The translations under genes were made by a program, and so were the position numbers. From assembly GCA_951406725.2 (NCBI GenBank), contig OX597835.1, positions 1,612,001 to 1,676,000 of the forward strand: a stretch of DNA of 64,000 nucleotides, written 5' to 3'. A model generated the notes under the pieces. It saw nothing but the letters and a program-made list of their open reading frames with translations. It made no database searches and was not told the origin of the DNA. The DNA comes from Octopus vulgaris. Its lineage: Eukaryota. Positions 48,661 through 63,515 of the stretch are shown piece by piece (position 1 is the stretch's first letter; each line of letters starts with the position of its first letter).

Positions 48661-51600
48661 GGGTATGTATATATTTACGTCCCTTTGTCTTGATAACGTG
48701 CAATAGATGTAAATGAGTGTCAACGTCTCACAAGGAATGAATGCTCTTTATTTCCAATCTTCTGTAAAAAAAAAAAAATGTCTGGTCATAGGGAAATGTT
48801 ACTATGCTTGTAAAGAGGTGAGGGTCAGCAACAGGAAGAGCTGGCTATGGAAAACCTGCTTCAATGAATTCCTCTTGACCCATGCAAACAAGTAGAAGTG
48901 GATGTTAACCCTTTAGCATTCAAATTATTCTCATGTTAAGGTTATCTCTACATATTTGCTTTAGAAATTAAGAAAAGAAAAGAATTTCTATAGAAAATCT
49001 GCAGAGAAAACCTTAACAAGTGATTTCATAGCACTGCTAACACAGTAGGACATGGTATTGACTTGTAAAGCATTTAATATTTACTTTGTAGTATATTATG
49101 GTTGCATCATGAAAAACGGTCTCTGTGCAAGTAATTAATCAGATTACTCTGTCAAATGTAATTCTTATTTATGTACATTGTTTTCAGTTAATCATGTATC
49201 ATCTTGTAGCTTTTAGATTTTGAGGATGTGAATGTTTATTTTTAGATTAACATTGTAGGGTTGGTGTGAGAGGTTGAATCTGGCTGACTTGAATGTAAAA
49301 CAGTTGGGATATTTGGGCTGAATATGCTTAAATCTTTAGCATTTAAATATGCTTAAATGCTAAAGAGTTAAATCAATGTTGAGGATGATGTTGATGATGA
49401 ATCAGAGTGATACTGTGAGTCACAAGATTGAACTCATTGAAATATAGGTTACAGTACAGTTTCCATCTCACCAATCCCATTGACAGGGCTTGAGTTAAAC
49501 TAACATTCTGGTAGAAGACACTAAATCAATTTGCTGTACCATAGGATTGAACTCAGTTCCTCTTTATCAGAAAGCCATGCCTGCAATCTCATACAATCTT
49601 ACTTGTATGAGCACACACACACACGCACACCTTCATTTCCCATCTTTCCCTGCCAGCAGGAATCGGATGGTTCAACAGGTTGCAGTGGGCTGGAAGACCA
49701 CATCTTGCTCAAGTGTCTCAGTTTTGTCAGTTATTATGGCTTGATGCCATTCCCAATACCAACTATTTTACATAGGAGGAGACTGGGTCCTTTTTACATG
49801 GCACCAGCACTTGTAATTTTACCTTGTAAACTCAAAAGACCAAAGGGTGGTAAACAAGTACAATATTATTTGGGCCAGGTATGACCAGTTTAAAATGCTA
49901 AAGGGTTAAGTCATAGTTAAGGCAGCTTAACTATAGATGAGGGGCTGGAAGTAACTGGAGTGGAGGAGGAAGAGAGATAGAGATGATGGTGGTGAGATGC
50001 AGAGCGTACTCGCAAGGTTTGAGATGAATAGAAGTGAGTTTGGAGAAGAAAATCAGAAGGTTGATGGGTAAAAATTGCAGAAGTGCAAGGGAGAGCATGG
50101 AAGATGATTTAGAATAAGGGTAGTGGTGAATGTAGTAAATGGTGTTCTAGAATAGAGGTGGTGGTTGATATTAAATAGGGTGAGTGGGGGTAACACACAC
50201 ACACATATATGTATGTATATCATCATCACCATCAGCATCATTTAACATCTGTTTTTCAAGCTAGCATGGGTTAGATGGCTTGACAGGAGCTGGCAAGCCA
50301 AAAGGCTGCACCCGGCTCCACTGTCTGTTTTGGCATAATTTTTACAACTTCATGTCCTTCCTAGCACCAACCATTTTGCAGAATGGACTGGGTGCTTTTA
50401 ACATGGCACCAGTGCCGGCAAGGGCAACCACTTTACAGAGTGGGTTAAATGATGATGATGGAGATGGTATATATATATATATATATATTATCATATTCAT
50501 CATAGTTGTTTAATGTCCACTTTTCCATGCTTGCTTGGGTTAGGCAGAGTATATTTGAGGCAGATGTTCTGTGTTGAGGCCCTTCCTGTGAACAACCTTT
50601 ATCTGTTTGGAAATGAACGACACTGCTTGTATGACAATGCCACTCATCTACAACTATCATATGATGTCAAGACAGGGTGAAACAAACAGAAAACACACAC
50701 ACACACGACAAGCATCTTTCTGGTTCCATTCACCAAATTCACTCGCAAGGGTTTGATCAGCCCAGGGCTGTAGTAGAATACACTTACCCAAGGTGCCAGG
50801 CTTTGGGACTGAAGCAGGAACCGTGTGGTTGGGAAGCAAGCTTCTTACCACACAGCCATGCCTCTATGTATATGTTTGTATAACACCTTTTTTTATACTA
50901 ATGTACACTTAAGTAGCCAAGCTATACAGTAGTACTCAGTGTACACGTAACATATTCTACCCAAATGAATGACTGTTGACACAGTGTAACTGGTTGTTAT
51001 TCACCTTGGGCTTCAATCCTTTGATCTCTTCAGAAATAATAAACATTTTATTTAAAAATACTGCTTGAATAAAGGATCAATAGTAAATGTTATTGGTTTT
51101 AAGATAATGTCAACAAAATGTAAAGGGAAAGGGGAATATCAAAGTATAGAATTCATTTGTTTTCTATCCATTTTTCTATGCTTGCATGGGTTGGAAGCAT
51201 GTTATTTGAGGGATCGTCTTACAGCTGGATGCTAATCCATACTTGGTCTGTAAGTGAAGGATCCCTTATTCCACTCAGCTTTAAAGACATGAAAATACCC
51301 GCCCGGAGGATTTGTTGACAGGAGAAACTGATAGCACCCTTGCTTGTTGCATTTCTGTACAAGGAATTGCAAATGTAAACAAACAGAGATACACACATAG
51401 ATGTATATATAATTGTGTGTATGTGTGTGAATACACACACACACACACAGAGAACAAAAGTAAAAGTAAAATTAGACAGTATCTCAACTCAATAGACATG
51501 AATAAAACCAATAGTGTAAATTGTGAAATTAGCTCTAATGATAATTTTCGTGAACTAGATTTTGATGCTTTAGGTAAAAGTAATTCCGATTGTGAAATTG

Positions 51601-51719
51601 ATAATACCTTTAAGATAACAGTAATAATATTGATTATTATACTGCTAATAATCCTACTTTAACACCTACTTCTGAGAGAAGAATTAGTACTTCAACCATG
51701 AGTACCACATATGAGTGAA

Positions 51720-52130
51720 TAAATGCCTTTATAATTTCAAAAACAAAATTATGTGTCCTTTAGACAATCGATGTTCAAGGAATAATGTAGTATGTCAATG
51801 TAAGGTAATTTCAGGGATCATAATGTAGGTTCTTCTGCTACAGGTGGAAAATCTAGATTGCATAATCATTCTACTTTTAAGTTTGGAAGAAAATGTATTG
51901 CTATGTAAACACATTTGGGATTTGAAAGACAAGAACATGAACTATGATATAAAGTGGTCCATTATTAGTTATGTACCATCATACGGTACTTGTAATTTTA
52001 AATGTGATCTTTGTCTTGAGGAAATGTATTATATAAACACTTCTAAATTAGAATTATTAAATTGTAGAAATAATTTTACATTGAAGTGTTCTCATAATTA
52101 TAGGAAAACATTTGAATATTTTAAAAGTAA
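51720..52130 (+). mobile_element. Penelope-like element, GIY-YIG endonuclease remnant
   Basis: CPLDNRC...; LCKHIWDLKDK...IKWSII...CDLCLEEM...LLNCRN. Confidence 0.7.
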
Positions 52131-52139
52131 ATCATGCAT

Positions 52140-54210
52140 GACATCTGCAGTAAGTTTGCTCCAGAGAGAATGCCAAGCCAGCAAAAAAAATATGATACCC
52201 AGGGATAGGGGGAGTCTAATGAGATGATGAGCAAAAATCTCAAATCATCTAAATGGGCCACTAAAGGATAACAAACAATCCTACCTCAAATGAACATTGC
52301 TCGAGATCAGAAATGAACTCAAACGCTCCCAAGAAAAGGAGAGGGCAGAAAAGGTTGCCAGGGCTGTCAAAAATATTAAGACAAACCCTAAAGCCTTCTA
52401 GAGATGTGCAAAAGAAGCTGCTTCAGTACAGTACCAAATAGGGCCACTACTTGAAGAAAATGACTGACTGCAGACCCCCAGAGGATAAGTGAAATACTGA
52501 ATGTGCAATACAAGAGTGCTTTCACAACTCCACTGAGACACTTGCAAGTAGCTATGCCTGATGAGTTCTTTGGCTGCACAGACCTACACAACAAAATGGC
52601 AATTATTGATAGCATCAACATAGAGGAAACTGATGTGATATCAGCCATTGATGAGATGAGCTCAAACTCAGCAACAGACCCTGGTGGATTCCCAGCAATC
52701 CTCCTAAAGAAATGCAAAGGGCCTCTGGCAAGACCCCTTCAGGTTCTCTTTCAGAGTTTCCTCACAACAGGGAGACTTCCCAAAATGTTAAAAGAAAGCA
52801 TTATATGCCCTATCCATAAGGGAGGTAGCAGAGCAGGTGCTAAGAATTATAGACCTGTCTCTCTATGTCAGCAAAGTCATGGAGCGCATTGTCAGGAAGA
52901 AACTAATTGCGTTCCTTGAAGATAATGACTTGCTTCCTGATACCCAGCATGGCTTTCGCTCAGGAAGAAACTGCCTTACACAGCTTTTGCAACACTATGA
53001 CTGGGTGTTGAAACAATTAACGAATCGTTCAAATGTAGATGTGATATATCTTGACTTTGCAAAGGCCTTTGATAAGGTTGATCATGGGATGGTATGTCAC
53101 AAACTACAGAGACTTGGGATAACTGGGAAAATTGGAGAGTGGTTGCATGACTTCTTAAAAGACAGAAGCCAGGCTGTAGCAGTCAATGGAGCCCTCTCCA
53201 CGGAGACATTAATAGAAAGTGGAGTGCCTCAGGGAACTGTGTTGGAGCCACTACTGTTCATGGTGGCTCTTTCAGGACATGCCATCAGTTACACAGATAG
53301 CTATACTTACTAGCTATATCGACAACACAAAAGATAGTACAGGTAGTCAAGGAACCTTCTGATGCTAATATTCTACAGAAAGATCGAGATGCCATATATA
53401 AATGGGCTGAGGACAACAACCTGCAGTTTATTGCAGGCAAATTCCAAGCCATCTGCTATCAGCTAATTGGTGTTCAAAAGTCACAACAACAATACTTTGG
53501 ACCAAAAGGAGTGGAAATCCAAGAATCACATGGATCTTGGGATTGATATGAGCAACAACGCTTTGTTTTCCATGTATGTCTCCAAGATGGTGGCAGTGTG
53601 TAAGTGAATGACTGGATAGATTCTGAGAATCTTCAGAACAAGGGACCAGGAAACTACGCTGGTCCTATGGAAGACATTTGTCCTCAGCTGTCTGGACTAC
53701 TGTTCTCAACTATGGCCACCTTATACTGTAAGATTAATAGCAGAACTTGAGGCAGTTCAGAGATACTACACAAAGAAGATTACATCAATGGAAGAGCTGA
53801 GCTACAAGGAGAGACTGAAAGAGCTACGACTCTACTCCTTGGAGCGAAGATGGGAAAGGTACGCAGTGATCTATGTATGGAATATACTGGAAGGGCTGGC
53901 ACCAAACTTTGGAATTGGAAGTTATACCAGACCTCGAAATGGATGTCACTGGACTTTTCCAAAAGTTCCAGCTGTCTCATCTGGAGTGAGGACCACATAC
54001 TGCAATAGCTTGGGATTCAAGGGTCCACAGCTATGTAACTCCTTACCAAAACATCTGAGGAACCTCCATGGAATGGGAGCATATGTTTTCAAGAAACAAC
54101 TTGACCTCTTACTATCCAAGATCTCAGATGAACTAATATCAAGGCAGGAAACTCAAAAGGGAGCAGTGATATCAAACTCCCTCCTTCACCAGAAGCCAAA
54201 CCCATAGAAT
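52140..54210 (+). mobile_element. CR1/Jockey-group LINE ORF2 pseudogene, copy 1
   Basis: PIHKGG...NYRPVSL, QHGFRSGRNC, YLDFAKAFDKV, GVPQGTVL, LYSLERR; several frameshifts. Confidence 0.9.
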
Positions 54211-54285
54211 TGGCCAATTAAAGGTGATTACAATGGCAGTGCCCCAGTATGGCTGCAGTCTCAAGGCTGGAACATATAAAAGAAA

Positions 54286-54326
<41 letters not shown>

Positions 54327-55039
54327 CATATATATATATATAGGTCATCATCATCATCGTTTAACATCCACTTTCCATGCTGGCATAGGTTGGACAGTTT
54401 GACTGAGGACTGGTGAGCCAGAAGCTGCACCAGGCTCAATCTGATCTGGCAGTGTTTCTCCAGCTAGATGCCCTTCCTAATGCCAACCACTCCAAGAGTG
54501 TAGTGGGTGCTTTTGCATGACAGGTGGTTCTGGCAACGACCATGCTCAAAAGGTGTTTTTTACATGCTACCTGCACGGGAGCCAGTTTGGCGGCACTGGC
54601 AACAACCATATTCGAATGTTGTTTTTCACGTGCCACTGGCACATGTGCTGGTGAGGCGATGCTGGCAATGATTACTCTCGAATGGTGCTTTTCACATGCC
54701 ACTGGCACTGGAGCCAATCAGGTGGTACTGTCATCTGCCATATGTATATATATATATATATAAGTACACACACACACACACATACATATATGTATGTATG
54801 TATATAAGTATATATATATATATGTATGTATGATGTATATAAGTATATACTACACAAATCATTTGTCTTACTATCCCTGTTGTATTCTTGTGAAACTTGG
54901 ACTTATTATGAAAGTTCTTTTAAATTGTTAGAACAATTCCACCAAAAATGCCTTCATTGCATTTTAAACATTAAATGAAGTTATTTTACTCCAAACACAG
55001 ATGTCCTTGCATCTGCAGGCATCACTTCAATTAAAGCTT

Positions 55040-55705
55040 ATGATTTTGAGGAACCAAAGGAGATGGTGTGGCCATATTGTTCGAATGGCGGATGAACGCA
55101 TACTGAAACAGTTGGGCTTGCAGAGGGGAAATGCTATTGGCATAAACCTAAAAAAAGGTTTAAGGACGGCATAAGGACTACTATGAAGTCACAGAAGACA
55201 TAGAAACCCTTGCTTAGGATTGAACTGGATGGCAAACAAATGTGTGGAATGGAGTGAAAGCGTTTGAAGAGGCCAGGATAACGCATGTAAGACTCAAAAG
55301 AGATCTAAGGAAGAATGCTACAATCAAGAAGGTGAATCACAATGACCTTTTTGTATGCACAGTTTGTGACAGACCCTGCCTTTCTTTTGCTGGGCCCAAA
55401 TCTCATTTGCGAACTCATGGAAAATGAACCTGCAACTATTCTGCCTATATGTTTGTGCACACCTTTGAATGCAGTGTATGCCAGAAGGTTTGCAAATCTA
55501 ACGGAGACCTCAAAAGTCATTTTAAGATCCGCAAAGATCAGAATTTATCTGCAGCTCTTGGTGGTCCAAACTGGATGTGCAATTTATGTGGGTGTCTTTT
55601 CAGAACAGTGTCTGGTTTAAAAAGCCACATCAGATACTATGATGGTTCTAAGACCTAGGTACAGGTGGTGGTCAAACTCTGCATAATAAGTAGACAACCA
55701 CCATA
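55040..55705 (+). mobile_element. RTE-group LINE 3' end with three C2H2-like fingers
   Basis: RWCGHIVRMADERILKQL...KPKKRFKD; CTVC...KSHLRTH; CSVC...KSHFKIR; CNLC...KSHIRY. Confidence 0.7.
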
Positions 55706-55747
55706 TAGATATGTATGTATATAAGTATATATATATATGTATATATA

Positions 55748-55778
<31 letters not shown>

Positions 55779-56094
55779 CATCATCATCGTTTAAGGTCCG
55801 TTTTCCATGCTAGCATGGGTTGGACGGTTCGACCGGTGTCTGGGAAGCCCGGAGGCTGCACCAGGCTCCAGTCTGATCTGGTAGTATTTCTACAGCTGGA
55901 TGCCCTTTCTAACACCAACCACTCCGCGAGTGTAGTGGGTGCTTTTTATGTGCCAGGGGAGGCTGGCAGCGGCTACGATCGGTTGGTGCTTTTTATGTGC
56001 CACTGGCACAGAAGCCAGTTAAGGCGGCGCTGGACTCGGCCACATTCGGATGGTGCTTTTTACGTGCCACCGGCACAGATATATATATATATAA

Positions 56095-56159
<65 letters not shown>

Positions 56160-56379
56160 ATGAGTATGTATATGTATATATATATGTGTGTGTGTGTGTG
56201 TGTATATTCATAATTTAGGTTGGTTGAAATATGTTTATTGACTCTTGTCGATGAGATGTACTTAAGAGAGGCAACTCTGAAACATCGATGTATATATATA
56301 TATGTGTGTATATAAGTATATATATATATATATACTTATATATACTTTGCCGCCTCACCTATAACCAGCGAGGCGGTTA

Positions 56380-58030
56380 CAATAGAATGTACTGACATTA
56401 GCGAAGAAGATGTCCTACTAGCCATAGATGAAGGGGACACAAACTCAACTGCTGGTCCAGATGGGTTCCCAGCAATCCTTCTCAAATCGTGTAATCATGC
56501 CCTGGCAAAACCCTCCAGATTCTCTTCCAGAGCTTTCTTACAAATGGCAAACTGCCAAGCAAGCTGAAGGAGGGAATAATATGCCCAATCCATAAAGGGG
56601 GAAGTAGAGCAGATGCCAAAAACTATAGGTTATCTCTCTGACTTCACTCATCAGCAAAGTCATGGAACGGATAGTCAGAGGGAAACTAATCGCATTCCTT
56701 GAGGAAAATAATTTGCTGAGTGATACCCAGCATGGTTTTCAACCAGGTAGGAGCTGCCTGACCCAGCTCTTACAACATTATGACTGGGTGTCGAGGCAGT
56801 TACTCAACAAATCAAATGTGGATGTAATCTCCCTTGATTTTGCAAAAGCTTTTGACAAGGTGGATCATGGTATGATATGCCACAAACTGCGTGACCTCGG
56901 CATAGCTGGAAAACTTGGAGTGTGGTTACATGACTTCCTGAAAGATAGGAGTCAGGCAGTAGTGGTTAATGGAGCCACCTCTATGAACACACAAATAGTG
57001 AGTGGTGTTCCACAGGGCACTGTCTTGGGACCACTGCTTTTTATAGTGGCCCTCTCAGATATGCCCTCAAATGCCCAGATAGCCTCTCTGGCAAGCTATG
57101 CAGATGATACGAAAGTCTCGCAGAAAATACAGAACCTCAGCGATGTTGCACACCTGCAGCAGGCAGGAGTTGGACTCAATCTACAGATGGGCTGAGGATA
57201 ATAATATGCAGTTTAATGCTGAAAAATTCCAGGCCCTGCGCTACAAGCATCCAAAACTGAATATTAAACCTACAGGATACACCGGTCCACAGGGAATTTC
57301 AATCCCAGAGCCTAAGTCTGTGAGGGACCTGGGTATCGACATGAGTGAGGATACCTCTTTCCAAGTGCACATTACCAGGATGGCAACAAAGTGCAGACGA
57401 CTGGCTGGATGGATCCTAAGAACATTCAGAACCAGAGATAAGGAAACCATGATGGTCCTCTGACGGACATTCGTCCTCAGCCGCCTGGATTACTGCTCAC
57501 AGCTATGGTCACCCACCAGTGTGAAATTAACAGCGGACCTTGAAGCAATCCAGAGAAGATTCACAAAGAATATCGTCTCTTTGGAACAGCTCAGCTACTG
57601 GGAAAGGGTGAAACAGCTAAGACTCTACTCCTTGGAGAGAAGACAGGAGAGGTATGCAGTAATATATGTCTGGAAGATCCTGGAAGGAATTGTGCCAAAT
57701 TTTGGCATTGTAAGCTACACCAATGCTAGAATGGGACGACACTGCGTAGTGCCAAAGATCCCAGCAATGCCATCACGCTTCAGGACCAGCTTCTGCAACA
57801 GCCTGGGTTTCAAGGGCCCACAGCTTTTTAATATTCTCCCAAAGAGTCTGAGGAAGTTGCATAAAGTAGATGTAGCGGTTTTTAAATCAAAGCTGGACAT
57901 CTTCCTGTCGAGAGTCCCAGATGAACCTACCTCACGGCAAGAGGTGCAAATGAGAGTAGCTATATCAAATTCCATTCTTCACCAAGTGCCACATATTAGA
58001 GGAGGTTCTTCGTAATAACAGTGTAGCTCT
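56380..58030 (+). mobile_element. CR1/Jockey-group LINE ORF2 pseudogene, copy 2 (same family as 52140-54210)
   Basis: LDFAKAFDKV, GVPQGTVLGP, YADDTK, RDLGIDMS, LYSLERRQERY. Confidence 0.9.
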
Positions 58031-58071
58031 GAGCTGAAACAAGAAAGAAAAAAATATATATATATACTTAT

Positions 58072-58128
<57 letters not shown>

Positions 58129-58138
58129 AGTGTATAAG

Positions 58139-58174
<36 letters not shown>

Positions 58175-61100
58175 AGCACATATATATATGTATGTATACA
58201 TATATATGTATGTATATGCATATATGTCTATATATGCATATGTATATATACATTTTTTATATATATATATATATACACACACACACATATATGTATACGT
58301 ATATGTGTATATGTGTGTATTTACATATGTATATGTGTAGGTATATCGTGTACTCACACAAACACACACACACAATCTTCCTGTACTGTAGAAACACACT
58401 ACATTGCAGGTCATGAAAGAGCAGTGATTGTTGTGATTGATATTTACGGTAAAGGGGCAGGAGTATCAATAAGGTGATCTAGATTACTGGCCATCAATAT
58501 TGAACCAGTTGTAGTAAGCAACATATTGAATAAATGAGTGTTTGAAGTATGCTTTGCATGTAATATATGAATGTCTCATAAACTGATCTCTGCATACAAA
58601 GAATTACAAACATCCACTCATTGAAGGAATAAGCAGGTCACCGTGTAACATTGATAAAGACCTCCAAATCTTTTTTTTTTTCCTCTGATATCAATAGCAA
58701 CTGTTGCAGTAAATATAATTTGCATATATCACAGGCATGGCTGTGTGATAAGAAGCTTACTTCCTAACTACACAGTTTCAGGTTCAGTCCCACTGTGTGG
58801 CATCTTGGGCAAGTGTCTTCCATTATAGCCTTGTGCCCACCAAAGCCTTGTGAGTGGATTTGGTAGAGGGAAACTGAAAGAAGCTCATCATATATGTATG
58901 TGTGTGAGTGTTGGTGTTTTGAGTATGTGTTTGTCCTCCCTCGCCACTTGATAACCAGTGTTGGTGTATTTATGTCCATGTAACTTAGTGGTTCAGCAAA
59001 AGAGATCAACAGAATAAAAAAAAGTATTAAAAAGGTACTGGGGTTGATTTAAGGCACTGCCCCAGCATGGCCAAAGTCTAATGACAAACAAGCAAAAGAT
59101 AAAAGATTAACAATCAACATAGTTCTTGAAAGTCAATAGATGTCTTAACTGACCACAATCAAGATAATTTGTGATATTAGTTTCAAGTTTTGGCACAAGG
59201 CCAGCAATTTTGTGGGAGGGAGTAAGTGATCGACTGGTACTTATTTTATCAACCCCGAAAGGATGAAAAACAAAGTCAACCTCAGCAGTATTTGAACTCA
59301 GAATGTAAAGATGGACAAAATGCTGCTAAGCATTTTTGCCTGGTGTGCTAATGATTCTGCCAGCTCGCTACCTTAAGGTACCGTGTGATATTAAAAAAAA
59401 TACTAAGTTAGTGAAATTGCTAAAAATACAGTAAGAGTCTTTGACAGAATTGGGAGAATATGTTTTGATTTCTGTTTATGATTCATTGAGCTGAACAAGA
59501 CAAGAATTTATCATTTAACCCTTATAAGAAAACATTAGTTTGTCTCTTACAGTGTGATTCCAAAAGGAGGAAGTGACATTAGAATATTTATTGTGATTCT
59601 ACTATGATAGAAAGCTGGCAAATGATGCCACCTCCAGAGAAATTAGTGAACAAGAGTACCTCTGTTGGAGCGATGTAAAATGCACTCTGCACACATTGGA
59701 AAGTATTTGGCAAAGGAGCAGAGAAAGCATAGGGCTGAGCGGCCCCTAGAATTCTGTCTTAATGAAGATTATTCAACCTCTCTCTTGTGTTGGCACCATT
59801 AAGAAATGTACTCAGTACACTCTATAAAATGGTTAGCGACAGGAAGTGCTTCTAGTCATAGAAACGAAGCAGAATGGCACCTATGAGCACCAGTCCATGG
59901 AAACAGTTGCTGCCAATAAGAAATGACTGGGACTAGGTTGACCTGTCCAGCTCATGCCAGCAGAGAAAGAGAAATCATCCAATGAGGATGATGTCTTGGA
60001 GGTTAAAAGCTAGACTTTAAGGAAAAAAATTGTACACTAATGAACAACAACAACAACAAAAAAAATGTTGAAATTTTAATTAATCATAGACCCTAATACT
60101 GAATGCTTTGATTGCCTGCTCTTTGTGGCTGGTCTCTATTGTCAGACCTGCAGCTATTCTGGGGCATTGTCTTCAAGGGATTTTAGTTTATCCCTGCAGC
60201 CCCTTTACTTAGTTCTATTTTCATTGATGTATTTTTTTTATCCATCAGTTAAGTTGCTAACTTGATTCCTGTATCAAAATAGAATGAAGTCCCTCTGATG
60301 ACAAACACTGGAGTTTATTTTACATTTGGGTGTTTGTTTGGATGTGTAAATGTTTCAGTACTTTTACATTAATGCTTATCAGTATATTTACATTAATCCC
60401 ACCAATCTTCTCTCCACATTTCATTACATGATTCTATTTCCTTAGCTTGCAAGGTGGGTAACTTTGTTTATTAACACCAAGGGTCTGTACTGTGCAGATA
60501 ACGAGGAAATAAGATGGTAGATGGAAACTGAAAGAAGCCTATGAGGTTAACGTTTGAATTCTCCTGATATCTACCTTGCTATGAAGATTTACTGTGAAGG
60601 ATTACCTGGATTCTCCTCTCAAATTGCCTTCCTCATATCTTGGAGCAGGTGTGGTTGGGTGGTAAGAGGTTTGCTTCCTAGCCACATGGTTCTGGGTTCA
60701 GTCCCATTGAATGGCATCTTGGGGGAAGTGTCTTCTACTACAGCCCTGGGTTGACCAAAGCCTTCTTAGTGGATTTGGTAGATGGAAACAGAAAGAAGCT
60801 CATTGTATATGTGTTTGTATGTGTGTGTGTGTTTGGTTTTTGAGGTTGTCCTCAACTGCTACTTGACGACTGGTGTTGATTTATGTCCCCACGACTTAGC
60901 TTTCAGCAAAAAGACTGATAGAATAAGTACAAGGGTTAAGGAGAGAAAAGAAAAAAGGTACTGGTGTTGATTTGTTTGGTTAAAATTTCTCAAGGTAGTG
61001 CCCCTGCATGGCCGCAGTCTAATGCCTAAAGCAAGTAATCAGTGAAAGGTAACACAGTCTTGGGTTGTGGTGAATCAATGACAGCCAGATGGGACCAGTT

Positions 61101-61897
61101 ACAGATGTAGAGCTTTCCATCTGAGATCAACTCAGTCAGGGCCAATCTGGTGCTAAACAATGACACCCTCTGCTGCGCACAGTGGATTTGTTGACTTATC
61201 TAAAGAAAATCTCTTTTATTGATGTGTAACTGATTTGTCAGGCTTGTTCAGAGGTGAATGTCATGGATATAAATAACTTGTTTATATAGTTTATCTTATA
61301 CTGTTTATTTTAATTTTAGTTATTTTTCTCTTCACTTTTGTTTGCATTTTTTTTCTTTTTAGAAATACCCCAAAATAGACTAAACATATAATGGGTGTGT
61401 GTGTGCATATGAGAGGGGTGGGGTAACTGTTTCCATTTATTCTCCTGTTTTGATATTTTTTATTTCCCCTTCTTTCTCACACACACCTCTCTGTCTGTCT
61501 GTCTCTGTCTATCTATCTATTTATCCATCCATCCATCCGTGCATCCCTACTTCCCTCCATTCATCCATCTATATCTGTCTGTCTGTCTGTGTCTATCCGT
61601 TTTTATCCATCCGTATGCCCACCCACCCATCCACCTTTTTTAATCCATCCACTCCCAACTTACAATTTTTATTAATTGCGTGTTTAGTTTCTCTTAGAAC
61701 TGCAGCAGCAGTGTAGTATTAGTAGTATTAGTAGTAGTAGTTGTAGAACCACCACCAATAGTGGTTGTGGTGGTAATAATGGTTATGATGATGATGATGA
61801 TGATGACAAGAATGTTGATATATGTAGTGGTGGTCATGATGATGATGACAACTACAGTGATGGTTATAATTATTGTCTTAGTGTTAGTCATGCTAGT

Positions 61898-61928
<31 letters not shown>

Positions 61929-62704
61929 TTAGAATTTTGGCCCAAGGTTAGCAATTTTAGGAAGAGGTGGGGATAGTCTTGGTACTTTATTTTATCAACC
62001 CCTGAAAAGATAAGTTGGCTTCAGGCACAAGGCCTGAAAATTACAGGGAGTAAGTTTTGAGGGGGCAACTAGATCGATCCCTCAATCCCAGATTTTGACT
62101 GGCACTACGAGGCTGAAAGGTAGAGTTAACCCCAGTGGGATTTGAGCCTTTATTATTATTATTATTGTTATTATTATTATTTAGAAATTGTAATATTAAT
62201 GTTGATTGATAGTTGTCAATAGAAGAATAACAGCAAGTATAATATTACAATCGGATTGACACGTGAAATTTGAATACTATCATGTTTACTATGCATTCTT
62301 AAACACTTAACACACACATACACACACACACACACACACATGCACACACACACACGCACACACACACAAGCACACGTACATGAAATTTGCTGCTAGCAAC
62401 AAAAGGGAAAACATCTTTCGTAGGTAAAAGATCGATTGTTGCTGGGGCAAAACATAATAATCAATTGGATTGATCTGTTATGTCTGGTATTCATACCTCC
62501 AACCTTTTATCTTATCCTTGTTTCAGTCATTAGACTGTGGCCTTGCTGGGGCACTACCTTGAAGAATTTGTAGTTGAGTGAATTGACCCTAGTATTTATT
62601 ATTTTTTAAGCCTGGTGCTTATTCTGTTGATCACTTTTGCTGAACTGCTAAGTTATGGAGATGTAAATACACCAACACCAGTTGTCAAGCAGTGGTATGG
62701 GACA

Positions 62705-62751
<47 letters not shown>

Positions 62752-63515
62752 CAGGCTTCTTTTCAGTTTCCCTCTACCAAATCCATTCACAAGGCCTGAC
62801 ACTATAGTAGAAGACATTTGCCCAAAGTGCCATGCAGTGAAACTGAACCCGGAACCATGTGGTTGGGAAGCAAGCTTCTCACCACACAGCCACTCCAGCA
62901 CCTACTTATATGTATCTATTTATTAATTTTTAATGACTCTGCCAGAATCCAGTGTCCAGCAAGGACCACAGCTGAGTAGAATTTGAACATAAAACTGCTA
63001 GAAAGCAAGCGAGTCTTTCCTGTGGCTTTAGAAATAGCAGCTTAATGCCCTTAAAATCTCACCCAGTCTACAAGAACAAGAAAGATATTTCAAATAATGT
63101 AGTCCTAGATGTGCAAAAAAAAAAAAAAAGAATGGACAGACAAATCTTTGACCATAGGTCCACCAAATTGGGGGATGAGCTGGAGCTAAACAATATGATA
63201 TTCACATATAGATATCATAAAAGCATCATTGTATTGTTTAAGTTGAAGAGTATTGATTTTCCCTCCTGTGTAGATAATGGGGAAATAAAACTGGGAGTAT
63301 TCCCAAAGGCTTAAATGGAAATTAGTGGCCTGAATTGGGAATCAGACCCTGGATGTGCGGTTCTCTAAAACTGATACGAAGCTTGATGCTTATTTTTAAG
63401 GGTACCACAGTAATTGGCAAGTTGAAGTGTTAATGCATTCTCTGGGAAGATTTAATAAAAAATGGCATTTAAAAAGTTAGAAGAAGGAGTTAATTCCATG
63501 CATACATAGATTAGG

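Noticed and set aside
47848-48723. Long ORFs (227-291 aa) rich in Y/I/H/T/M/C/V
   Set aside because: Translations of (TA)n/(TATG)n microsatellite; the same applies to ORFs at 16.4k, 37.0k, 42.8-43.3k, 46.0k and 58.0k
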